Assembly: GCA_039589315.1 (NCBI GenBank) | Contig: JBDHHQ010000018.1 | Location: 17,705-81,704, forward strand | From: Gemmatimonadota bacterium | GTDB lineage: Bacteria > Gemmatimonadota > Gemmatimonadetes > Longimicrobiales > Gaopeijiaceae | Length of the DNA stretch: 64,000 bases | Reading direction: 5' to 3' | Shown here: one piece after another, positions 56,653 to 64,000 of the stretch | How positions within the stretch are numbered: the stretch's first letter is position 1 | Layout of the letters: each line of letters starts with the position of its first letter | The notes under the pieces: model-generated | What the model saw: only the letters and a program-made list of their open reading frames with translations | What the model was told of the DNA's origin: nothing | Databases searched by the model: none | Program-made: the position numbers and the translations under genes

Positions 56653-59541
56653 CTAAAGAACCCCCACTACCCCGAGGAGATCCGAGAGGTACCTGCCGGT
56701 GTAGGACTCCGCCGCTTCCGCGATCGTCTCCGGAGGACCCGCAGCTATGATACGCCCGCCACCCTCACCGCCTTCAGGTCCCAGATCGATGATCCAGTCC
56801 GACGTCTTGACCACGTGGAGGTTGTGCTCGATGACCACCACGGTGTTGCCCCGGTCCACGAGCTGGTGCAGAACCTCGAGGAGGACCCGGACGTCCTCGA
56901 AGTGCAGACCGGTGGTGGGCTCGTCCAGGATGTACAGCGTCTTGCCGGTGGCCTTCTTCGAGAGCTCGGTGGCCAGCTTGACCCGTTGGGCCTCCCCACC
57001 CGACAAGGTCGTGGCCGACTGACCCAGGTGGATGTAGCCGAGACCGACGTCGGAAAGGGTCGCCAGCTTGCCCTTGATGCGCGGCACCGCGCCGAAGAAC
57101 TCGAGGGCGTCGTCCACGGTCATGTCCAGGACGTCGGCGATGTTCTTACCCTTGTAGAAGACGTCCAGGGTCTCCCGGTTGTAGCGACGCCCCCGGCACA
57201 CATCGCAGGGGACGTACACATCGGGCAGGAAGTGCATCTCGATCTTCACCAGGCCGTCGCCCGAACACGCCTCGCATCGTCCCCCCTTCACATTGAACGA
57301 AAAGCGGCCCGGTCCATAGCCTCGAATCTGGGACTCGGGCAGGGAGGCGAAGAGCTCGCGGATAGGCGTGAAGAGGCCGGTGTACGTCGCCGGGTTCGAG
57401 CGGGGCGTCCGCCCGATGGGCGACTGGTCGACATCGATGACCTTGTCCACCAGGTCCAGGCCCGCGATCCCCTCATGGGCTCCCGGCACCACCTTGGAGC
57501 GGTAGAGCCGCCGGGCCAGGGCCCGGTAGAGCGTCTCGGTGACGAGCGTCGACTTGCCCGAACCGCTCACGCCCGTGACGCAGACGAAGCAGCCCAGCGG
57601 GAACGGCACGTCCAGGTTCTGCAGGTTGTGCTCCCGCGCGCCCCGGACCACGAGCTGGCGCTCGGGATCCGCCGGGCGCCGCTCCGACGCGACCGGGATC
57701 TCCCGGGCACCTCGCAGGTAGGCGCCGGTAAGCGACCGCGGCTCCGTCAACACGTCCTCCAGGGTGCCCTCCACCACCACGTCACCTCCGGCCCGTCCGG
57801 CACCGGGGCCCAGGTCGACGATGTGATCGGCAGCCCGGATGGTGTCCTCGTCGTGCTCGACCACGATCACCGTGTTGCCCAGATCCCGGAGTTGCCGGAG
57901 GGTCTCGAGGAGGCGGGCGTTGTCCCTCTGGTGGAGACCGACCGAGGGTTCGTCGAGAATGTACAGCACGCCCACGAGCCGGCTGCCGATCTGGGTGGCC
58001 AGCCGAATGCGCTGCGCCTCGCCGCCTGAGAGGCTGTCGGCCGACCGGCCCAGCGTCAGGTAGCCCAACCCCACATTGGCCAGGAACCCGAGTCGCTCGC
58101 GGACTTCCTTCAGGATCGGTCCCGCGATCTCGGCCGGCAGCAGGTGTCCGCCCGGCGCCTTCTTCGCAGGAACGCCGGAGCCCGACAGGGGAAGGGACGT
58201 GAAGAACTCGACGGCTGCGGCGATGGACAGCTCCGCCACGCTGCCGAGGGAGCGGCCGCCCACGGTCACCGCCCTCGACGCGGGACCGAGCCGTGTGCCC
58301 CCGCACGCCGTGCACGGCAGCGTCGACATGTACTCTTCCAGCTGCTGCCGTACCTGCTCGGATTTCGTGTCCTTGTAGCGGCGCTCGACGTTGGTGACGA
58401 CCCCCTCCCACACATCCTCGTAGTGGGCGTCCCACTTTGCGGTGCGGTAGGGAAAGCGGATCTTCATCTTGCCGGATCCGTACAGCACCGCCAGCCGGGC
58501 CTCGCCGTCGAGCTCCGACCACGGCGTGCCCGGGTCGAACTCGTATGCCTCGGCCAACCCGGGGATCACCGAGCGCCGCAGGTATCCGCTGGGCTCACCC
58601 CATGGCAGGACCACACCTTCGAGGATCGACACCGACCCGTCTGCCACCATGAGGTCCGGATTCACCTCTTTGCGTGTGCCCAGCCCCCCACACTCCTCGC
58701 ACGCACCGTACGGCGAGTTGAAGGAGAACTGCCGGGGCTCGAGCTCCGGCAGGTTGGTGCCGCAGTGGGTGCAGGCGTAGCGTTCGCTGAAGAGGTGGCT
58801 GTGCGGGTCACTCCTCCGCTTGCGGTACTCGAGCACCTCGAGGATCCCGCCGGCCGTCCGGAGCGCCGTTTCCACCGAGTCGGCCAGGCGTGCCCGGTCC
58901 GAAGCGCGGACCACGAGGCGGTCCACGACCACGGAGATCTCGTGGTTCTCGTACCGGTTCAAGGCGGGCGGGTCCGAGACCTCCACGACCTGTCCGTCCA
59001 CCCTGGCCCGGACGAAGCCCTCCTTCCTGGCCCGCTCGAAGAGCTCCTTGAACTCGCCCTTGCGGCCCCGGACCAGAGGCGCCAGGACCTCGATCCGCAC
59101 GCCTTCGTCCAGCTCCAGGAGCCGGTCCACGATCTGGGTCGCCGACTGGCGAAGCACCGGCTCGCCGCACTCCGGGCAGTGCGGGATCCCGGCACGCGCC
59201 CAGAGGAGCCGGAGATAGTCGTAGATCTCGGTGACCGTGCCGACCGTCGAGCGTGGATTCCTGGATACGGTCTTCTGCTCGATGGAGATGGCGGGCGACA
59301 GGCCCTCGATGGTGTCGACGTCCGGCTTTTCCATCAGCCCCAGGAACTGTCGGGCGTAGGCCGACAGGGATTCCACGTACCGGCGCTGGCCTTCGGCGTA
59401 GATGGTGTCGAAGGCCAGGGACGACTTTCCTGAACCGGAGAGCCCCGTGATGACGATCAGCTTCCCCCGGGGAAGCTCGACGTCGATATCGCGGAGATTG
59501 TGCTCCCGGGCGCCCCGGACGACGAGGTACTCTTGAGGCAT
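56653..59541 (-). CDS. uvrA: Excinuclease ABC subunit A
   Basis: [21 protein letters not shown], zinc-finger Cys pairs, two LSGGEAQR, second GVSGSGKS. Confidence 0.98.
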   Translation of the reverse strand: MPQEYLVVRGAREHNLRDIDVELPRGKLIVITGLSGSGKSSLAFDTIYAEGQRRYVESLSAYARQFLGLMEKPDVDTIEGLSPAISIEQKTVSRNPRSTVGTVTEIYDYLRLLWARAGIPHCPECGEPVLRQSATQIVDRLLELDEGVRIEVLAPLVRGRKGEFKELFERARKEGFVRARVDGQVVEVSDPPALNRYENHEISVVVDRLVVRASDRARLADSVETALRTAGGILEVLEYRKRRSDPHSHLFSERYACTHCGTNLPELEPRQFSFNSPYGACEECGGLGTRKEVNPDLMVADGSVSILEGVVLPWGEPSGYLRRSVIPGLAEAYEFDPGTPWSELDGEARLAVLYGSGKMKIRFPYRTAKWDAHYEDVWEGVVTNVERRYKDTKSEQVRQQLEEYMSTLPCTACGGTRLGPASRAVTVGGRSLGSVAELSIAAAVEFFTSLPLSGSGVPAKKAPGGHLLPAEIAGPILKEVRERLGFLANVGLGYLTLGRSADSLSGGEAQRIRLATQIGSRLVGVLYILDEPSVGLHQRDNARLLETLRQLRDLGNTVIVVEHDEDTIRAADHIVDLGPGAGRAGGDVVVEGTLEDVLTEPRSLTGAYLRGAREIPVASERRPADPERQLVVRGAREHNLQNLDVPFPLGCFVCVTGVSGSGKSTLVTETLYRALARRLYRSKVVPGAHEGIAGLDLVDKVIDVDQSPIGRTPRSNPATYTGLFTPIRELFASLPESQIRGYGPGRFSFNVKGGRCEACSGDGLVKIEMHFLPDVYVPCDVCRGRRYNRETLDVFYKGKNIADVLDMTVDDALEFFGAVPRIKGKLATLSDVGLGYIHLGQSATTLSGGEAQRVKLATELSKKATGKTLYILDEPTTGLHFEDVRVLLEVLHQLVDRGNTVVVIEHNLHVVKTSDWIIDLGPEGGEGGGRIIAAGPPETIAEAAESYTGRYLSDLLGVVGVL

Positions 59542-59724
59542 GTCCTTCGGCAGACTCGGGCCTTTGGACGGGCCCGGCGGCTTGGGCGTCATGACGGGTC
59601 CCGGGCTTGATCGGGCCCCGTCGCCATCTTTCTGGATCGAGTCAGGCTCAGATCGAATCGTGTAAGGTAACCGGTCCGTCAACTCGAAAGCGACGGGGCC
59701 CTGCCCCTGGCGCGGGGCCCGGGG

Positions 59725-60570
59725 TCAGGCGCCGGGGGCCTGAGACTCCAGCCGGCCGACCCGCTCCTCGGTGGGCGGATGGGTGCTGAATAAGCGGTAG
59801 AAACCCCTGCCTCGGCCGCCGGCCAGCGGGTTCACGATGGCCAGCTGGGCAGCAGCGGGATTGATGTCCATGGGGATCTGGCGGGAGTAGGCGTCCAGGC
59901 GCTTCAAGGCGTTGGCCAGATCGCTGGGCGCACCCGTGATCTGACCTGCGGTCCGGTCCGCCTGGAACTCGTTCTGCCGGCTGATGGCGAACTGGATGAC
60001 CATGGCCGCGAGAGGTGCCACGATGGCTACGACGATGAGCTCGAGGGGATTCCGGTCCCGGTCTCCACCCCCCAGGATGGCACCCCACCGGGCGATGCTG
60101 GCCAGTATGCCAATGGCCCCGGCGATGGTAGCGGCCAGCGTGCCGACGAGCATGTGGCGGTGCTTGATGTGGGCGAGCTCGTGGGCGATCACGCCCTCCA
60201 GCTCCCGGGGAGGCATCAACCTGAGGATCCCCGCCGTCATACACACCACGGCGTTCTGGGGGCTACGCCCGGTGGCGAACGCGTTGGGCTGCTCGGAGGG
60301 CGCGATGGCCACCGTGGGCATCGGTAGGCCGGCCCGCTGACGGAGTCGGTCCACCATGCCGTACAGCTCGGGCGCGTCTTCGGGACCGACGACCTTGGCC
60401 TTGTACATGCGTAACACGACCTTGTCGCTCGCCCAGTACATCCCGAAGTTCATGACGGCGGCGATCACGAAGAACAGGACGGCCCCCTGCCGTCCGCCCA
60501 GGTAGCCGCCGAGCACCACGAACAGGGCCGTCAGGCCCGCCATCATCCCGAAGACCTTCATCTGCTGCAT
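59725..60570 (-). CDS. htpX: Zinc metalloprotease HtpX
   Basis: PNAFATGR, HELAH, SR.NEF.AD, FSTHPP.EER; GAGGAGG RBS. Confidence 0.95.
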   Translation of the reverse strand: MQQMKVFGMMAGLTALFVVLGGYLGGRQGAVLFFVIAAVMNFGMYWASDKVVLRMYKAKVVGPEDAPELYGMVDRLRQRAGLPMPTVAIAPSEQPNAFATGRSPQNAVVCMTAGILRLMPPRELEGVIAHELAHIKHRHMLVGTLAATIAGAIGILASIARWGAILGGGDRDRNPLELIVVAIVAPLAAMVIQFAISRQNEFQADRTAGQITGAPSDLANALKRLDAYSRQIPMDINPAAAQLAIVNPLAGGRGRGFYRLFSTHPPTEERVGRLESQAPGA

Positions 60571-60653
60571 CTGGCCAGTTCCTCCTCTTCCGTTCTCACC
60601 GTTCTCACGTTGGAGATGCCAGACTCGATACCCCTGATCCTTTGTCCGTGTGC

Positions 60654-62654
60654 CTACTCGGGATAGGTGTAGCCCTCCAGAGCATCGTGGTAGAAGCGAC
60701 GGACGAGATTGCCCTCGTTCACCGTAAGGCGACCGTTGCGGATCGCTCGTTCCACGCTTCGCCGCATGCTGGCCCGCATCTCGTCGACGTCGAACTGCAC
60801 GTAGCCCAGAACCTCCCGCACGGTGTCCCCTTCCACGACGGTGTCCAGGTTCCAACCGCCTTGCGGGTCGAGGGACACGTGCACCGCGTGGACGTCGCCG
60901 AGCAGGTTGTGCAGATCGCCCAGCGTCTCCTGGTAGGCCCCGACGAGGAAGATGCCCAGGTAGTAGGGGTCGCTTCGAGCAGATGCCCCGTCGCTCAGCG
61001 AATGGAGCTCGAGGCTCCGCTTCACGGTGCCGCCACTGACGAAACGCTCGATCTTCCCGTCCGAGTCACAGGTGACGTCGGCGAGAATGCCGTGACGCGA
61101 GGGCCGCTCGTCCAGGCGGTGGATCGGCATGATGGGGAACAGCTGATCGATGGCCCACGAGTCGGGGAGCGACTGAAACAGGCTGAAGTTACAGAAGTAG
61201 ATGTCGCTCAGGGTGTCGGGCAGCCCCTCCAACTCGGCAGGCAGGGGAGCGTCGTCCAGGTGGAGCATCCCGCGGAAGATCGCCCACGACAGCTCTTCCG
61301 CATGTGCGTGGTCGGCTAGGCTCAGGTAGCCCAGTCTGAACAGGCTTATAGCCCCGTCCCGCGCGTGGGTGGTGTCGTGGTAGACCTCGACCAGATCGCC
61401 GGCGCCGAGGCGATCATGCGCGTCCAGGAGATCGACCATGGGGAGCGGAGGATCTTTCCGCCCGGTCAGGTCGGCCCTGATGGCGTCCACGTCCGGAGTC
61501 GGATCGAAGACTCGCGCGCCCAGAACTTCGCAAACCAGGACACTCGAGTAGGCGGTCATGGCTCGACCGGACTCGGAGATGAGGTTGGGATGGGGGACCC
61601 CTGCGCTGTCACAGACCGCTCCCACCCGGTACACGATGTCCTGGGCGTATTCCTCCAAGTCGTAGTTGGCCGAGAACTCCGTGGGCGAAGCCGATCCGTC
61701 GTAGTCGATCCCGGCGCCGCCGCCGAAGTCCAGCCATCCCATGGGCGCGCCGAGCCGTACGAGCTCGACGTAGATGTACGCCAGCTCGGACACGGCGTCC
61801 TTGACGTTGCGGATGTCAGAGACCTGGGACCCGATATGGGAGTGCAGGAGGCAGAGACAGTCGAGCATCCCGCGCTCGTGCAGCAGATCCACTGCGGTGA
61901 GCATTTCGCTCGTCGCCAATCCGAACTTCCCCCGTCCGCCCGCGGACGACTGCCACCGCCCGCCCCCCTGTGAGGCGAGCTTGGCACGAACTCCGATCCG
62001 TGGCCGCACGCCCGCTTTCTCCGCGAGCGGCAGCAGCATCTCCAGCTCCACGAAACGCTCGATCACCGGGTAGATCGTGCGCCCGAGCTTCGTCGCGAGG
62101 ACGGTCGCCTCGAGGAACTCCTCATCCTTGAAGCCGTTGCACACGATCGGCATCGCGTCGAGCCCCTCGGTGAGCGCCAATGCAGCCAGAAGCTCGGGCT
62201 TGGTGCCCACCTCGAGGCCGTAGCCCAACGGTGCCCCGATGTCCCTCACCTCGTCGCACACGTGTCGGGACTGGTTCACCTTGATGGGATACACGCAGGC
62301 GTACTCGCCCTCGTAACCGACGTCGTCGATCGCCCGCTCGAAGGCGCCCTTGAGCTCGGTCATGCGGTGGGCGGTCACGTCCGGAAACCGAATCAGCACG
62401 GGCGGGGCCAGGTCTCGGTCCCGGAGGCCGCGGACGACCTCGAGTAGGTCGATGGCTCCCCCAGGCGTCCTCCCGGGTCGAACGGCGACCGTGCCCTCTG
62501 GGGTGACCTCGAAATAACCCTGGCTCCACTCCGCCACCCTGTACAACCGCGCCGCGTCCTCCGGGCCCCACCCCATGCTCTCCCCGGGTGAGAGAACGCT
62601 GCACGGGGCCGAGGCAGGAGCCGCGTTGTCGGGTAGCGTGGTTTTGGTGGTCAT
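60654..62654 (-). CDS. speA: Biosynthetic arginine decarboxylase
   Basis: YPIKVNQ (PLP Lys), GLE.GTKPEL, CNGFKD, H.GSQ, GGG.GIDYDG, ESGRA, TCDSDG, GAYQE.LG.LHNL. Confidence 0.95.
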   Translation of the reverse strand: MTTKTTLPDNAAPASAPCSVLSPGESMGWGPEDAARLYRVAEWSQGYFEVTPEGTVAVRPGRTPGGAIDLLEVVRGLRDRDLAPPVLIRFPDVTAHRMTELKGAFERAIDDVGYEGEYACVYPIKVNQSRHVCDEVRDIGAPLGYGLEVGTKPELLAALALTEGLDAMPIVCNGFKDEEFLEATVLATKLGRTIYPVIERFVELEMLLPLAEKAGVRPRIGVRAKLASQGGGRWQSSAGGRGKFGLATSEMLTAVDLLHERGMLDCLCLLHSHIGSQVSDIRNVKDAVSELAYIYVELVRLGAPMGWLDFGGGAGIDYDGSASPTEFSANYDLEEYAQDIVYRVGAVCDSAGVPHPNLISESGRAMTAYSSVLVCEVLGARVFDPTPDVDAIRADLTGRKDPPLPMVDLLDAHDRLGAGDLVEVYHDTTHARDGAISLFRLGYLSLADHAHAEELSWAIFRGMLHLDDAPLPAELEGLPDTLSDIYFCNFSLFQSLPDSWAIDQLFPIMPIHRLDERPSRHGILADVTCDSDGKIERFVSGGTVKRSLELHSLSDGASARSDPYYLGIFLVGAYQETLGDLHNLLGDVHAVHVSLDPQGGWNLDTVVEGDTVREVLGYVQFDVDEMRASMRRSVERAIRNGRLTVNEGNLVRRFYHDALEGYTYPE

Positions 62655-63033
62655 CGTGGTCCTCCCGGCGATGCGTGAAGGCCCATTCTGCCTGCCCGTC
62701 ACTCCGAGCGAAAGTACCGGACGTGGGGAGAAAAGGCTGGTGCGCAGGCGGGGGATCGTTGCAGATTTCCCCGTGTCAGGATCGCCGTTCCAGTTCCCGG
62801 GTTTCAGAGCGCCTTACCGAAGCCTTCATCACTCCCATGATGACCCGCCCCGGACGCCGTCCGTCTGGCTTGGGAAGCGCCCTGGCGCTCTCTCCCCAGC
62901 ATATCCCCGGATCAGGTCGGGGCCTGCCCCTCCGAGGGCGTCCGGACCGCGGTAGGAGGCCCATACACCCCATTCTCCCCGCCGGATTCGCCGGCGCGGG
63001 AGCAACCACAACGTGCCCGCATGGAGGACACGA

Positions 63034-63330
63034 ATGAGCCAGAACGTTGGACCCCTCGACGCGGTGACAGGTCTCTGGATGCCTGTCGACGATTCCCACA
63101 CCGTCCAAGGCACCCGTGGGCTGATCGACGGACCAGCCCGCCTCGCGTGGGGAGACGAGGAGGAAGACTGGGACGATGAGGAGGATTGGGACGAGGACGA
63201 CGACGCGGACGAGGACGACGAAAACGAGCGGGCCGAGGCGGGGGACTTCGACGACGACTGGGACTCGAGGTTCGACAGCGCACCCCGGGAGCCGCTCCAC
63301 CGCCGTCGACACTTCCGGGACGACGACTAG
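63034..63330 (+). CDS. Small highly acidic hypothetical protein
   Basis: GGAGG RBS; D/E/W-rich core GDEEEDWDDEEDWDEDDDADEDDENE; basic C-terminal HRRRH. Confidence 0.65.
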   Translation: MSQNVGPLDAVTGLWMPVDDSHTVQGTRGLIDGPARLAWGDEEEDWDDEEDWDEDDDADEDDENERAEAGDFDDDWDSRFDSAPREPLHRRRHFRDDD

Positions 63331-63499
63331 TGTGTGGTGCTGCGGAAACCTAGTAGCTACCGAGGGGGCCGATGCGCCCGAGCCGGCAAGGCGCGGAGAC
63401 GAGTAATAGCAGCGCCATTGGGAGGAACCGCAACGCCGCCGGACGGGATGCAGCGGCTCTCGAATAGCATCACGACTTTTGCAGCACCACACACACTAG
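63327..63499. mobile_element. Non-autonomous MITE/REPIN-like element flanked by CTAG
   Basis: Left CTAGTGTGTGGTGCTGCGGAA, right TTTTGCAGCACCACACACACTAG; imperfect internal palindrome; no transposase. Confidence 0.75.
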
Positions 63500-63504
63500 C
63501 GTGT

Positions 63505-63542
63505 GCATCGGGGGGCGGTCCCCTGCAGCCGCCCCCCGATGC
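63505..63542. terminator. 14-bp GC hairpin (probable terminator of acidic ORF)
   Basis: GCATCGGGGGGCGG-N10-CCGCCCCCCGATGC. Confidence 0.55.
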
Positions 63543-63749
63543 TTGCCGGTCCGTGCGGCCCCACGCCACTCTTCTGGAGGGCCCCCCTCACCCGAGCCCG
63601 GAGAGCTTCGTGTCGGATCCCCCCGCGGTTGAACCCGGACGGACGTTCTCTCTGCACCCGACCCACGCGCTGCGCGTTCTCGGCCGGCGTCTCGGAGGAC
63701 TCTCGTTCCCCCTCCCGACCGGGGCGAAGGGCCTCCCACGCTGCGTTTG

Positions 63750-64000
63750 CTGGCCTACGGGGAGATCACGTGGAGGAGACCGAGATCGACTCCATGGACG
63801 AGGTCATGGCGTCGGCTCTTCCGGTCCGGCGTCCTGGAGCGCCTCGGGAATGCGGCCGCGCGCCTCGACGACGAGATCGCCGATGACCCCACTCCCGACA
63901 CGGCTCGCCGACTCACGCCCTCAAGCGCGAGGTGCTGGTCGTGCGTCGGTCCATCTGGCCCGTGCGCGAACTCGTCTCGGGCCTCCTTCGGAGCGAGGCC
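63750..64000 (+). pseudogene. corA: Degraded CorA Mg2+/Co2+ transporter fragment
   Basis: Segments DHVEETEIDSMDE, VLERLG...LDDEIADDPTPDT and HALKREVLVVRRSIWPVRELVSGLLRSE; consecutive segments are separated by frameshifts, with a large part missing. Confidence 0.7.

Noticed and set aside
59542..59724. SOS/LexA box upstream of uvrA
   Set aside because: No match to the LexA consensus sequences I know; lineage-specific boxes cannot be judged from one site.

Overview
GC-rich (roughly 70%, by eye) bacterial chromosomal window; gene content is suggestive of Gemmatimonadota (inference only). From left to right it holds a suhB 3' end, Hsp20, a partial lysine/DAP operon (asd-lysC-dapB-dapA-dapD), nadB, an Ntn acylase, a small-peptide/terminator-ABC exporter-DUF1854 unit, LtrA, a solute-binding protein, catalase, and a PQQ dehydrogenase/cytochrome c/amidohydrolase unit. 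Next comes a ~20 kb alpha-glucan locus (two GH57, glgA, glgB, glgP) that encloses an uncharacterised module of four ATP-grasp ligases, a peptidase-S51-like hydrolase and two esterases, with a fifth (PGM1-like) ATP-grasp ligase just beyond glgP. This is the best candidate for an undescribed system. It is followed by a peptidoglycan-recycling cluster (two GH3, one fused to an AmiE-like domain, SSS transporter, frameshifted sugar kinase, NamZ, Dat), CesT-like/PspA, uvrA, htpX, speA, an acidic small protein, a CTAG-flanked MITE-like element (with a collapsed copy at 22421) and a corA pseudogene fragment. I saw no rRNA, tRNA, CRISPR array or transposase. All family calls rest on motif recognition by eye, with no database searches.
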